This document shows positions 1 through 9,311 of a stretch of DNA of 64,000 nt, piece by piece. The notes under the pieces were generated by a model that saw nothing but the letters and a program-made list of their open reading frames with translations, did not search any database and was not told the origin of the DNA. The translations under genes were made by a program, and so were the position numbers. Within the stretch, counting starts at the first letter, position 1; every line of letters starts with the position of its first letter. The stretch lies in the NCBI GenBank assembly GCA_976226885.1, contig OZ320315.1, positions 96,100,001-96,164,000 on the forward strand. Direction: 5' to 3'. Source of the stretch: Iphione sp. A-MEVVRFRX5. Taxonomy: Eukaryota.

Positions 1-2
1 GT

Positions 3-1904
3 ATGAAGGGAAAAATGAAAGAAAATATCCGAAAGAAAAATGAGGAACGAACAAAAAAGAGAAAGCATTTTTTTGAAAAAAATGGTTATGAAGTAATTAG
101 TATGAACGAGTGCTACTTCAGGGAAATGATTCAAAATTCAACAGAGCTTCAAGACTGGGTGAATTTATTTTATCCTGAGTTCACTCGCAAGCATCCTGGA
201 AAGGTCACGACTAAGGATATTTTAAAGGGGGTTTCTGATGGAAGTCTGTTTGGTGCTCTGGAAGTGGATATTTCAGTTCCCAATGATTGGCCTGAAGGAA
301 TGGAGAGGGAACTCTCACCAAAGGAATATTTCTCAGAAATGTGTCCTTTATTTGGAAAGGCAAGTGTCGAATTCAATCATTTTGGCCCCCACATGCAGAA
401 ACATGTCGAAGAACATAATCTATCACGAAATCCGAGAGAGCTTCTGGTCAGTGCTTTGTCTGCTAAAAAGATCCTCATAGCTTCTCCTCTTCTAAAATGG
501 TATATGGAACATGGTTTGCTGGTTACAAAAATTTACCAGATGATTGAATTCGTTCCCAAAGATTGTTTCAAGAAATTTACAGAAGATGTAACAAGTGCAA
601 GAAGACAGGGTGACTCTGATCCTGATAGTGCAGTGATTGCTGACACCATGAAGCTCATAGGGAATTCTGCTTATGGGGGAGTTATCATGCAAAAAGAAAA
701 GCAAATGAATGTAAAATATTTTTCAGATCCCACTGAAACGATCAATGCAATTAATTCTCCCCGTTTCAGAAAAGTAAATGAATTAAATGGTCTTTTTGAG
801 GTAGAATCTGTTAAACCCCGTATTGTTCTCGATATGCCAATTTATATCGGTTTCACCATTTTACAATATGCTAAATTAACTATGTTATCTTTCTATTATG
901 ATTGTATAGACAGACTTATTCCTAGAAATCATTTTCAATACGTAACTATGGATACCGACAGTGCTTATATTGCTTTTGCATACGAAAACTTTGAAGACAA
1001 CATCTTTGATGATAAGAAGATGGAGTATGTCAGTGAGATCAGGGATAGATGTGATGATAAGCTCTCTCCGATTTGGTTCATGCGACAGTGTTGTGGCAGA
1101 CATCATTCATTTGACAGAAGAGTTCCAGGGATCATGAAAGAGGAGGCGAGAGGCGATTCCATCATAGCACTGACCAGTAAGACTTATGTTTTAGATAACA
1201 AGGGTGTGTCAAAATTCAGTTGTAAAGGAATTTCAAAATCTAAGGTGACAGAACCCTTAGCGTTGTATTCTTCAGTTCTGGAAACACAGATTCCTAAATC
1301 AGGTACCAATTCCGGTTTCCGAGCTCGAGACGGAACAATTTTTACATATAGGCAGGAACGAGTGGGATTTTCTTACTTCTATGTAAAGAGAATCGTTCAT
1401 GATGATGGAATCAATACCTCACCTCTTCAGATCACATTATCCCCATGGAATGTTGATGATTATTTTATAATTGCTAAACCCTGGGAAGTCTTGAATCCCT
1501 TTTACAGATGGCAACTTGCTGGTTTTCAATCTTTGTTTCACATGTTTTATTATAACCTCGCCGTATTTCACCGTGCAACCGAAGTGGCTCGATTAATTCA
1601 TTCTTCTTCTGATCCAAAAGAAATGAAGTCATTACTTTCTTTCATAAAACCTAATGAGAATCTCGAAGAGGTTAATCTCAAAATCATGAGGGATCTCATG
1701 TTGTATATAGCTAGAACTTTTCCTGAAGTGAGGAAAGAACTCTCTCATTGTAAAAAGATTGTATATGCTAGTCTAGACAGGTTTTGGGGTGTAGGAATGG
1801 ATGTTGGAAATGTGAAAATTTCTCGACCATGTGAATTCAAAGGAAAGAATAAACTCGGGGAGTTATGGGAAGAGGTGAGAGTACGCATGGAGTTGAATAA
1901 ATGA
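3..1904 (+). CDS. Protein-primed family B DNA polymerase (pPolB), C-terminal part, with a C-terminal NADAR-like extension; 5'-partial
   Basis: Motif B KLIGNSAYG (~651-677), motif C YVTMDTDS (~939-962), KTY and KFSCKG motifs, terminal KR...DGINTSPL. The N-terminal stretch KHFFEKNGYEVISMNECYF resembles the end of the VSR-like insertion of Polinton polymerases. AATAAA at 1896-1901. Confidence 0.95.
   Translation: MKGKMKENIRKKNEERTKKRKHFFEKNGYEVISMNECYFREMIQNSTELQDWVNLFYPEFTRKHPGKVTTKDILKGVSDGSLFGALEVDISVPNDWPEGMERELSPKEYFSEMCPLFGKASVEFNHFGPHMQKHVEEHNLSRNPRELLVSALSAKKILIASPLLKWYMEHGLLVTKIYQMIEFVPKDCFKKFTEDVTSARRQGDSDPDSAVIADTMKLIGNSAYGGVIMQKEKQMNVKYFSDPTETINAINSPRFRKVNELNGLFEVESVKPRIVLDMPIYIGFTILQYAKLTMLSFYYDCIDRLIPRNHFQYVTMDTDSAYIAFAYENFEDNIFDDKKMEYVSEIRDRCDDKLSPIWFMRQCCGRHHSFDRRVPGIMKEEARGDSIIALTSKTYVLDNKGVSKFSCKGISKSKVTEPLALYSSVLETQIPKSGTNSGFRARDGTIFTYRQERVGFSYFYVKRIVHDDGINTSPLQITLSPWNVDDYFIIAKPWEVLNPFYRWQLAGFQSLFHMFYYNLAVFHRATEVARLIHSSSDPKEMKSLLSFIKPNENLEEVNLKIMRDLMLYIARTFPEVRKELSHCKKIVYASLDRFWGVGMDVGNVKISRPCEFKGKNKLGELWEEVRVRMELNK
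1458..1901 (+). other. NADAR (YbiA-like) domain fused in frame to pPolB
   Basis: Aligns by eye with the YbiA/NADAR pattern: VLNPFY..FQSLFHMFYY, SSSDPKEMK, KIMRDLM, VYASLDRFWGVG, FKGKNKLGELWEEVR (cf. YbiA VEHTENDAYWGDG...GKGKNRLGYLLMELR). Confidence 0.8.
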
Positions 1905-1947
1905 AAAAAAACTAATTTGTTTCAGTTATTATTTCATTGCACTGCAA

Positions 1948-1954
1948 TATAAAA
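1948..1954 (+). promoter_or_regulatory. TATA box of the ATPase-to-protease gene block
   Basis: TATAAAA 48 nt upstream of ATG 1996, just after the pPolB poly(A) signal. Confidence 0.5.
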
Positions 1955-1995
1955 CCATAAGTTTGTATTTTGTCTTGACATATTGTGTTCTCACA

Positions 1996-2618
1996 ATGTC
2001 TGAACTAGACATACCATCGTTCAGCTTCGCTACACCAAGCACCATATCCATTTCTGGAGCCACCTCTTCTGGTAAGACATATTTCGTGAAGAAACTCATC
2101 CGATATAGAAAACAACTGTTTGAAAAAAACCTTTCAAAAAAATCGTATATTGTTATGGTGCTTGGCAAACTGGATTTCAAGATGTTAAAGATGTTGAATT
2201 CCGCGAGGGAATCAATTTGGAAGATTTGAAAGAAGGTGGAAGAATTCTTTTGATACTAGACGACTTGATGGATATTGTAGTGAACGATTCGGAAATTCAG
2301 CATTTGTTTACTAGAGGATCTCACCATAGGGATATTACTATTATTTATATGAATCAGAATTTATATTGTCAAGGAAAATGTGCCAGGACAATTGCTCTCA
2401 ATTCTCAATACTTAGTGCTGTTTAAAAATCCACGGGATATTCAACAGATAACACGTCTGGCACAACAAGTCGGAATGCCGAGCATAAAGGAAGCATATAA
2501 AGACGTCACTTCCGAACCATTTGGTTATTTAGTGGTCGACCTCCATCCACGCAATCACACTGAAGTCAAGTTAACCTCTCACATTTTCCCTGACGAGGTT
2601 CTCGTTTGGTACAAATGA
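1996..2618 (+). CDS. DNA packaging ATPase (A32/FtsK-HerA type), split by a -1 frameshift in the A7 run at 2123-2129
   Basis: Walker A GATSSGKT in ORF 1963-2229. The -1 frame continues KPFKKIVYCYGAWQ...ILLILDDLM (Walker B)...LFTRGSHHRDITIIYMNQNLY into ORF 2217-2618. Corrected product ~207 aa. Confidence 0.9.
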
Positions 2619-2941
2619 AGAGTCCACGGATCAACAACCAGAAAGACTTTCTCACTCTTCTTCTGAACACTCCAAACAAGAACCAAGCAGAAGCACTCTT
2701 GTACACTGTAACCCCAGACCAGGCATTAGTCTTGAGCGAGATTGCTTTTAATTTAAACAATCTCCCTATCCCTCAACCAGTCAGAAGAGTCGTTGACAAG
2801 AATATAAGACTCATCAAGAATCTTAGTGATCCCACTTCCTCATTGAAAAAGAAAGCTAAACTGATAGCACATCAACGTACTCAGCTATATCGCATTCTTC
2901 TTTCAATCAAACCAGATCTATTTAAACTGATGAGAGAATGA
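2615..2941 (+). CDS. Small basic Polinton core-block protein (108 aa)
   Basis: ATGA overlap with the ATPase stop; LLL...ALVLSEIAFNL...SLKKKAKL pattern like small Maverick ORFs next to the ATPase. Confidence 0.65.
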   Translation: MKSPRINNQKDFLTLLLNTPNKNQAEALLYTVTPDQALVLSEIAFNLNNLPIPQPVRRVVDKNIRLIKNLSDPTSSLKKKAKLIAHQRTQLYRILLSIKPDLFKLMRE

Positions 2942-3324
2942 GAAAAGTGGTGTGTATACCCTTTGAGCGTTACCAGGCTTTATTTTCTCAACCCACAAAG
3001 AGGAGTGAAGACGAACATTCGGATACTCACCCACAAAAGGAACTGCAGGGTGGTGGTGGTTGGGTATCTAGGCTTCCTTTGATGCCATTCCCACCGTCAC
3101 GCCCATCGACGCCTCAGCCCCCGCCACCGCCGTCGCCGCCGCCGTCACTGCCGCCATCATCTCCACCACAATCGAGCACACAACCAGTCTCCTCGTCAAT
3201 GAAAAAACAAAGTAAACAGAGGAAACAGTCATCTCCTTTAGCAATCGTTCCTCCACCACCAGGTAAACCCTTAAGAGAAAAGAAGAGGCAGTTAGCATGG
3301 CACGATGGATGGAAGAGTACTTAA
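2938..3324 (+). CDS. Proline-rich low-complexity protein (128 aa), possible adenain substrate
   Basis: ATGA overlap with the previous ORF; LQGG|G matches the (M/I/L)xGG adenain cleavage consensus; poly-Pro centre. Confidence 0.6.
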   Translation: MRKVVCIPFERYQALFSQPTKRSEDEHSDTHPQKELQGGGGWVSRLPLMPFPPSRPSTPQPPPPPSPPPSLPPSSPPQSSTQPVSSSMKKQSKQRKQSSPLAIVPPPPGKPLREKKRQLAWHDGWKST

Positions 3325-4409
3325 ACAAGATTTATCATGACCCCAATGAACCCGAAGCTTTTTCTGGTGTGACAGCACTTTATACGAGAGCTAAGAAAGA
3401 TGGCAAGAATATCTCTCTCAAGAAAATACGAGAATGGTTGAAAGCACAGGAGACATATACGTTATTTGCCCCTTCAAAACCTTCTCGTTCTGTGAAACGT
3501 CCAAGGGTGGTGGTTTCGGATAAATTCTTTCAATTCGATGCAGATACTGCTAATATGGTCACATGGACTAAAGAAAACGATGGAATGAGTTATTTCTTAG
3601 TGGTCATAGACGTTTTTACCAGGTATGCTTGGACTCGTCCCCTCAAAACTCTCTCGGGAAAAGAAACATTGAGCGCACTGAAATCTGTCTTTCAAGAGCA
3701 AGTTTGTAAAGTGCTACGAACTGACGGAGGAAGTGAATTCAATAATCAATGGGTGAGGAAGTACCTGAACAAAGAAAATATAAAGCACGTGGTAACGAGG
3801 AACGAAGTGAAAGCAAATTATGCTGAACGTTTCATAAAAACAATAAAATCCAAGATCACCAAAGAGATGTACTTCTTACAAAGTCACAAGTGGTTGGAAA
3901 ATCTTTCTCATTTCACAGATTCATACAATAATTCTTTTCATCGTTCTATCAAAATGACTCCCCTTCAAGCCAGTGAGAGTGAAAAAGTCAAATTGTGGAA
4001 CAAACAATTTGATACTAGCAAAGACAAGAAAATCCCCAAAACTTTTCCTTTCAAGTTTAAAAAGGGTGATGTTGTGAGGTTATCTAAATTCAAACAAACC
4101 TTCACAAGGGCTTATGACGAAAACTGGACTCATGAATTGTTTGTGGTTACAGACAGGAAAATGCAACAAGGTATTCCCCAATATTCACTTAAGTCTTGGG
4201 ACAATGAAGAAATAGATGGAAAATTCTATACAGAAGAAATGATCCCGGTGGAAGTGAACCAAGATACTCAATATAAAGTAGAAAAAGTTATCAGAAAAAA
4301 AAAACTTAATGGAAAGGACGGATTCATTGTTCACTGGCTTGGTTGGCCCAGTAAGTATGATTCCTGGGTCAGTAAGGAGGAACTGAAACGCATCCAGGAA
4401 GGTATATAA
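3309..4409 (+). CDS. Retroviral-type DDE integrase with C-terminal chromodomain
   Basis: FQFDADT / VVIDVFTRYAW, LRTDGGSEF, KANYAERFIKTIK; chromodomain YKVEKVIRKK...FIVHWLGWPSKYDSWV. ATG at 3309. Confidence 0.95.
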   Translation: MEEYLNKIYHDPNEPEAFSGVTALYTRAKKDGKNISLKKIREWLKAQETYTLFAPSKPSRSVKRPRVVVSDKFFQFDADTANMVTWTKENDGMSYFLVVIDVFTRYAWTRPLKTLSGKETLSALKSVFQEQVCKVLRTDGGSEFNNQWVRKYLNKENIKHVVTRNEVKANYAERFIKTIKSKITKEMYFLQSHKWLENLSHFTDSYNNSFHRSIKMTPLQASESEKVKLWNKQFDTSKDKKIPKTFPFKFKKGDVVRLSKFKQTFTRAYDENWTHELFVVTDRKMQQGIPQYSLKSWDNEEIDGKFYTEEMIPVEVNQDTQYKVEKVIRKKKLNGKDGFIVHWLGWPSKYDSWVSKEELKRIQEGI

Positions 4410-4448
4410 GACACTGTGTTGTTGGAATGTTCTTCAGTCAGTGCATTC

Positions 4449-4817
4449 ATGTATCTGCAAGCTATCCGTTCTCAAACTCAGTCAGGAAACGACTTCATCA
4501 CCACCCTACCGCGTCCCATCGAATTGGAAGGGGAGTGGGAGTGTGCTTTGGTGAACCTATACTGTAGTGGTGTACCCAGAGGACGTGACATTATTGTGAA
4601 TTGTGACTTGGTGAATGATAATTTCATTTCTGGACAAAGTGCTCCGACAGTGCGAATTACACGAAAGACAACGGGTGAATTCGATCATCTGTGGTTCTTT
4701 CCCGTATCACGAAAGAGTTTAGAACGCTTTCGAGTCTTTGGGAAAACACTGGAAGGAAATCAAGCACCAATTTTCAAGCGTCTTCTTTTTGAAATTAGAC
4801 CTGTTCAGAAAAAATGA
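4449..4817 (+). CDS. Minor capsid protein (penton-like), short form (122 aa)
   Basis: N-terminal NDFITTLPRPIELEGEWECAL motif and C-terminal VNCDLV...VRI...WFFPV...FRV pattern typical of Polinton pentons. Confidence 0.7.
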   Translation: MYLQAIRSQTQSGNDFITTLPRPIELEGEWECALVNLYCSGVPRGRDIIVNCDLVNDNFISGQSAPTVRITRKTTGEFDHLWFFPVSRKSLERFRVFGKTLEGNQAPIFKRLLFEIRPVQKK

Positions 4818-5116
4818 CTGAATTTGTTCCATTCATTCCCAAAATGAACACATTTGATCATGTTTCTCGCAAAAGGAATCACTTCATAGGAAGAGGAACC
4901 ACGACACCAGTTCAATTAGTCACTCCATCTGAACAAGCTGTGGAACGTGCAAAAGCAAGCCTGAAAAAAAATCCCCCTATAAATTGCCGAAAGCGGAAGA
5001 GACAAACCAGTCGAAAGTCAGCAAGCAACAAGAGAAGGAGGAAAACCACATCCCAGAGAAAATCTAAAAATAAGAAGAAGAAGAAAACAACAAGACGTTA
5101 TGGCATACGTTCTTAG
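4814..5116 (+). CDS. Basic Arg/Lys-rich putative core (DNA-condensing) protein
   Basis: VQLVTPSEQAVERAK motif followed by a very basic tail; ATGA overlap; directly upstream of MCP. Confidence 0.65.
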   Translation: MTEFVPFIPKMNTFDHVSRKRNHFIGRGTTTPVQLVTPSEQAVERAKASLKKNPPINCRKRKRQTSRKSASNKRRRKTTSQRKSKNKKKKKTTRRYGIRS

Positions 5117-6458
5117 AGATTCAGAAGAAGGTTATGGAATGAACCTAGATCTTTTTGATGTTCCTCCCACGCAAACTGCTCTAACCCAGCAGTACATAAA
5201 GGAATATTCTCCTGTGAGTGATGTTTCCTTGGACGGAGTTATCGAATTTAATATCCCCAATGATTCATTGGATTATATCATGCTTGATAAAACCAGATTG
5301 AGAATGAATTTACAGATTTTAACTGATGAGAAAAAACCCATCACTTCAGTCGATAAAGTCGGATTTATCAATTTGATATCTTCCACAATGTTCAGTCAAA
5401 TGGAATTTTCCCTTCAACAAACAGTAATCAATAGCAGTGTTGGAGGAAATTTCCCATTCAAAGCCATGCTAGACACTCTTGCTGAATCAGGACTGAGTGA
5501 CGAGATCGGTTGGCTACCCGTGGCAGGTTTCTCCAAAGATAATGAATCTGACATGGATGATGCAACAACTGACAGAAATCTCGGGCTTGTGAGGAGAAAA
5601 CGAAGAACAGAAAATGGAAAAACCACCCAACTGATCACTAAAGTATTCAGTGATATATGTAATCAAACTAGACCACTCATCAACGGGGTACCCATCAATA
5701 TAAAATTCCATCAATCCTCAGACAACTTCCGTTTAATGTATACAGCATATACACCACCTGCATCTTCTAATGTTCAAGCTGTCACAACTCCCAGTACACG
5801 CACTTCAAAGATTTATCATTTGAAAATAAGTAAACCGACCTTACTGGTTACATTCACGAAAGTGCACGAAGGACTCATTCTAAAGCATCGTAATCAGCTA
5901 GAAAAGACTCCAGTACTCTACCCCTTCATTCGAAGTGAACTTCGTTCTTTCACCGTGTCAAATGCTAGTTACGAATTTTCTGGTGAAAACATTTTCCAAG
6001 ATCGAATCCCAGACAGACTGATCGTGGGAATGGTGGAATCCAAAGCCTATGCTGGAGATGCTCAGGAGAACCCCTTCAATTTTCAACCCTTCGATGTGAA
6101 CTACATCAGTTTCGAGGTTAACGGTGAATCGCGACCAGGACGAGCTTTTCAACCGAACTTCACAGACGGACTCTGTGCTTCATCATATCTTGCTCTGTTT
6201 GATGCTTTTCCTGACTGGCATGTGGGACAACTACCTGATATCTCTGAAGATGACTTCAAGTCAGGTTACACTCTATTTGTCTTTGATTTGAATAAGGCAA
6301 GAGATCGAGAACTTGCTTCCTTCCTTCGGCGTGGAAACACCAGACTAACTATCAAGTTTTCTAAAGCATTACCCAATTCCATCAATATAATAGCCTATGC
6401 AACTTTCCCTGCTCTTGTCAGTATCGATTTAGCAAGAAATGTTCAACTCACCACCTAA
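5100..6458 (+). CDS. Major capsid protein (double jelly-roll)
   Basis: 452 aa; LDLFDVPPTQ...YSP...VIEF.IP...YIMLDKT, P.RLIVGMV..KAYAG...NPFNFQPF, SGYTLFVFDL motifs of Polinton MCPs. Confidence 0.93.
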   Translation: MAYVLRDSEEGYGMNLDLFDVPPTQTALTQQYIKEYSPVSDVSLDGVIEFNIPNDSLDYIMLDKTRLRMNLQILTDEKKPITSVDKVGFINLISSTMFSQMEFSLQQTVINSSVGGNFPFKAMLDTLAESGLSDEIGWLPVAGFSKDNESDMDDATTDRNLGLVRRKRRTENGKTTQLITKVFSDICNQTRPLINGVPINIKFHQSSDNFRLMYTAYTPPASSNVQAVTTPSTRTSKIYHLKISKPTLLVTFTKVHEGLILKHRNQLEKTPVLYPFIRSELRSFTVSNASYEFSGENIFQDRIPDRLIVGMVESKAYAGDAQENPFNFQPFDVNYISFEVNGESRPGRAFQPNFTDGLCASSYLALFDAFPDWHVGQLPDISEDDFKSGYTLFVFDLNKARDRELASFLRRGNTRLTIKFSKALPNSINIIAYATFPALVSIDLARNVQLTT

Positions 6459-6921
6459 ACCATTAACTAGTACTGATTTCAAGAAATGTTTTGCTCACGA
6501 AAGCATTTTCAAAGCTGTGGACTCATATCAGAACCTACCATCTTTTCCTGTTTTGCAAAAACCAGCTATCTATGTTGTGAATACAGATCAGGTTACTGGG
6601 ATAGGAAAACACTGGGTAGTCATTTTCCTCCCTGAAAATAACGAACCTGCTGAATTTTTCGATCCATTAGGAAAACCACCCCAATCCTACAGTCAGAGAA
6701 TTGAAGATTTCCTTATAGTAAATGCTTCAAAATTCCTGTTTTCAAACACGAAAATTCAAGGAAAACAACCAGTGTGTGGTCATTTTTGTATGGAATATAT
6801 TTTCTTCAAACTTAAAGGATGGTCTTTGAAAAAATATATTAACCATTATGATAGCGTAGATTTAGAAAAGAATGATTTTAGAGTAGTGAATAGTGAAATG
6901 TTAAGATGTCTCAAAAATTGA
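6439..6921 (+). CDS. Adenain-like cysteine maturation protease
   Basis: VNTD...GKHWV (His), FFDPLG (Asp), IQ...VCGHFC (Gln, Cys); AATAAA at 6972-6977. Confidence 0.93.
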   Translation: MFNSPPKPLTSTDFKKCFAHESIFKAVDSYQNLPSFPVLQKPAIYVVNTDQVTGIGKHWVVIFLPENNEPAEFFDPLGKPPQSYSQRIEDFLIVNASKFLFSNTKIQGKQPVCGHFCMEYIFFKLKGWSLKKYINHYDSVDLEKNDFRVVNSEMLRCLKN

Positions 6922-7130
6922 AAGCTCTTCTTTAAACTGCGAGATGATTATGAACATGTGCTCATTTGATTAATAAAGAATTCACACTTTTTCTGGATTT
7001 TTTTTTTTACCTCCATTGCATCTGACGAAAAGTTTATCTGGAATGAGAAAAAAAAAAATAATTAGTGAACTGATTCTGAAGACAAAGAAATGCAAGAAAA
7101 AAAATATGATTGTTTGTAAAACAAAATAAA

Positions 7131-7868
7131 TCAACATACCTTGCTTCGTCGTTGACTTGTTTTCTTTACAATAATTTTCCACAACAGAACACTGAAGCAC
7201 AGAATGGTGAAACCAGATACACATCCTAATGCAATTTTAAGGGTTCTAACAGAAATACCATTCGAAAGAATAGTATGTGTTGAATTTTGAACAAAAGTTG
7301 TCGTGAAAAGAAATGAGGGCGTGGTATTTGTTGTTGACGACAAAGTGGAATTTGGAACAAGGACGCTGGAGAAAAAAGAAGAAGACATTAACAGAGTGCT
7401 GATTATTGGAGAAGAAATAGTTGTGTTTATCACAGAGTGTGAAGGGGTGGACAAACTAAGAATTGTTGAAGAATTAACAACAGGTGGAGTGGAATAAGAT
7501 GAGTAGGTTCGATTAAAATCCGTGGTGGATGAAGAGGTTGATTCTGAAGCCGAACAATCCGAAAAATAGGAAATATGACTTGGAATTAGAGATAATGTGC
7601 TACAGTTAAATTTTTTCAAGGAAAAACGAATATCTAATTCCATTAGATTGGGGAAAGAAAGAAATGTTTTGAAATGAATTCTTTCAATTTCACATGATTT
7701 CCAGTCCAAAACCTTAACAGCATAATTCTTAATAAAATGAAATTTAAATGGATCAATTCTTCCACGACAACTCATAATGACTCCAGCACAAGGCCAACAT
7801 TCTATAGGACAGCTCTGACTTGTAGAAAAAATAAAAACAATAAGCAATATATCTGGTTTTACCTGCAT
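7131..7868 (-). CDS. Type I membrane glycoprotein with LRRNT-like cap, ~2 LRRs, Ser/Thr-rich stalk, TM and short basic tail (245 aa from ATG 7868)
   Basis: Signal-like MQVKPDILLIVFIFSTSQS, CPIECWPC...SC cap, VKVLDW..CEIERI..TF.SFPNLMELDI, several N-x-S/T sequons, TM IALGCVSGFTILCFSVLLW. Confidence 0.75.
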   Translation of the reverse strand: MQVKPDILLIVFIFSTSQSCPIECWPCAGVIMSCRGRIDPFKFHFIKNYAVKVLDWKSCEIERIHFKTFLSFPNLMELDIRFSLKKFNCSTLSLIPSHISYFSDCSASESTSSSTTDFNRTYSSYSTPPVVNSSTILSLSTPSHSVINTTISSPIISTLLMSSSFFSSVLVPNSTLSSTTNTTPSFLFTTTFVQNSTHTILSNGISVRTLKIALGCVSGFTILCFSVLLWKIIVKKTSQRRSKVC

Positions 7869-8353
7869 GATGACAGTGCGTTCGCTTTCATGTACTGACA
7901 AACAAAAAGCTGAACGACTCTTATATCTTCGTATAATTGAGTGAATCAGATAAGTTTCAAAGGACACACTGATAAAAGGTTGACCCTAAAACATATTGAC
8001 TATCTTTCATATGAAGCGATAACGATTTTTAATAAATGGGATAACGTTTTCCAGGGATAGGTGTTATCTCTTTTCTCGCTTATCGGAAAAAATCAACAAA
8101 ATAACATAGATTAGAAGATTTGACGAGCTACAAACCGCCATATTGTTTTTCCCCTATCTCTTCCGGTTCTTTAGTTTCGTATTTAGTTACAAAAAAAAAA
8201 TCTCTTTTTTCTAATGATAAAAAAAGAGGAAATAAATGATATTTATTTAGAATGATAAAAGATCTTTTCTCTTTGAAGATTTTATTTTGTGCGGACTTGT
8301 TTTTTTACGAAGATGCGGTTCCGAGTGTTTGGAGTGATGAAAGTGAAAGAAGA

Positions 8354-9007
8354 ATGACGCTGTCAATCTTTTGGATCATTTTATTGTTCTTCTTTATTGG
8401 AAAAAGCGACGCAAAGGAATTATGCAGGCAATGTTCATGTCTTAATGGACACGTGTATTGTGTCAAAACCGAGATAGCTTTTTTCTTCACCATAAACTAT
8501 CCACACCCGAGTGTTAAGATTCTGGAGTTGGTCGATCCCCAAGTCACCGGTGTCCGCCATGAATTTATTGCGCACATTCATAAAATCTTCCCAAACTTGC
8601 TTCAACTGAAAGGACTCCCGTTCGAAAGTGAATCTTCCACAAAGAATGACGACGAGGCTTGGATAACTTCGACACTTGACACATCAAACAGAGAAAATGA
8701 AGGTCGGTCAAGTTCTGATGAGCGGAATCATGTTACAGTTTCCGAAACTGATAAACAGTTAACTAGTATGATGGTGTTGGTTCAAGATAAGAAAATCACG
8801 GAAAGTACAGATCTAGTGATCGTCGGAGTCATCTTAGGAGTGGGAATTCTTGGTATATTAGCAATTGGAGTGGTAGCTTGGATCAAACATAAGGTGCAAC
8901 CACCGTGTTTAACTAGACGAAGTTTACATCCACAGCAGTCATTCTATGAACGAGCTTTCGAATGGCTTGGGATCCGTAGGTTAGTGTGTTCATTTTTACT
9001 CCCTTGA
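8354..9007 (+). CDS. Second mini-LRR-like type I membrane protein; probably exon 1 (8354-8979) of a much larger spliced gene
   Basis: Signal MTLSIFWIILLFFFIGKSDA, CRQCSC...YC cap, VKILEL...FPNLLQL, TM LVIVGVILGVGILGILAIGVVAW; AG|GTTAGT donor at 8979/8980. Confidence 0.75.
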   Translation: MTLSIFWIILLFFFIGKSDAKELCRQCSCLNGHVYCVKTEIAFFFTINYPHPSVKILELVDPQVTGVRHEFIAHIHKIFPNLLQLKGLPFESESSTKNDDEAWITSTLDTSNRENEGRSSSDERNHVTVSETDKQLTSMMVLVQDKKITESTDLVIVGVILGVGILGILAIGVVAWIKHKVQPPCLTRRSLHPQQSFYERAFEWLGIRRLVCSFLLP

Positions 9008-9311
9008 TTTTTTTTAGAGAAAAAAAAAAATCCCTCTAAAATTCTTTCAATCGTTAATTAAGAAAACAAATGGTAAAAAAAAAATTCTACTTTTATTGCA
9101 TCCTTGACAAATCTGTGTCAGCCTAGGTTGACAAGGTGGGCTCTGAATTTTTTTTTCTTGAATGAAGCTAACCCTAAAAGTAAAAAGTTGCTAAAACTAA
9201 ATTCAAGGGGAGTGTTAGCAATTTTCTGTGGGTTTTTTTTTTTAAATAAGAATAAAATTGGAAATAGGCATATATATATATTTTTGTTTTTTCCTATTCT
9301 ATTTTTCAAAG

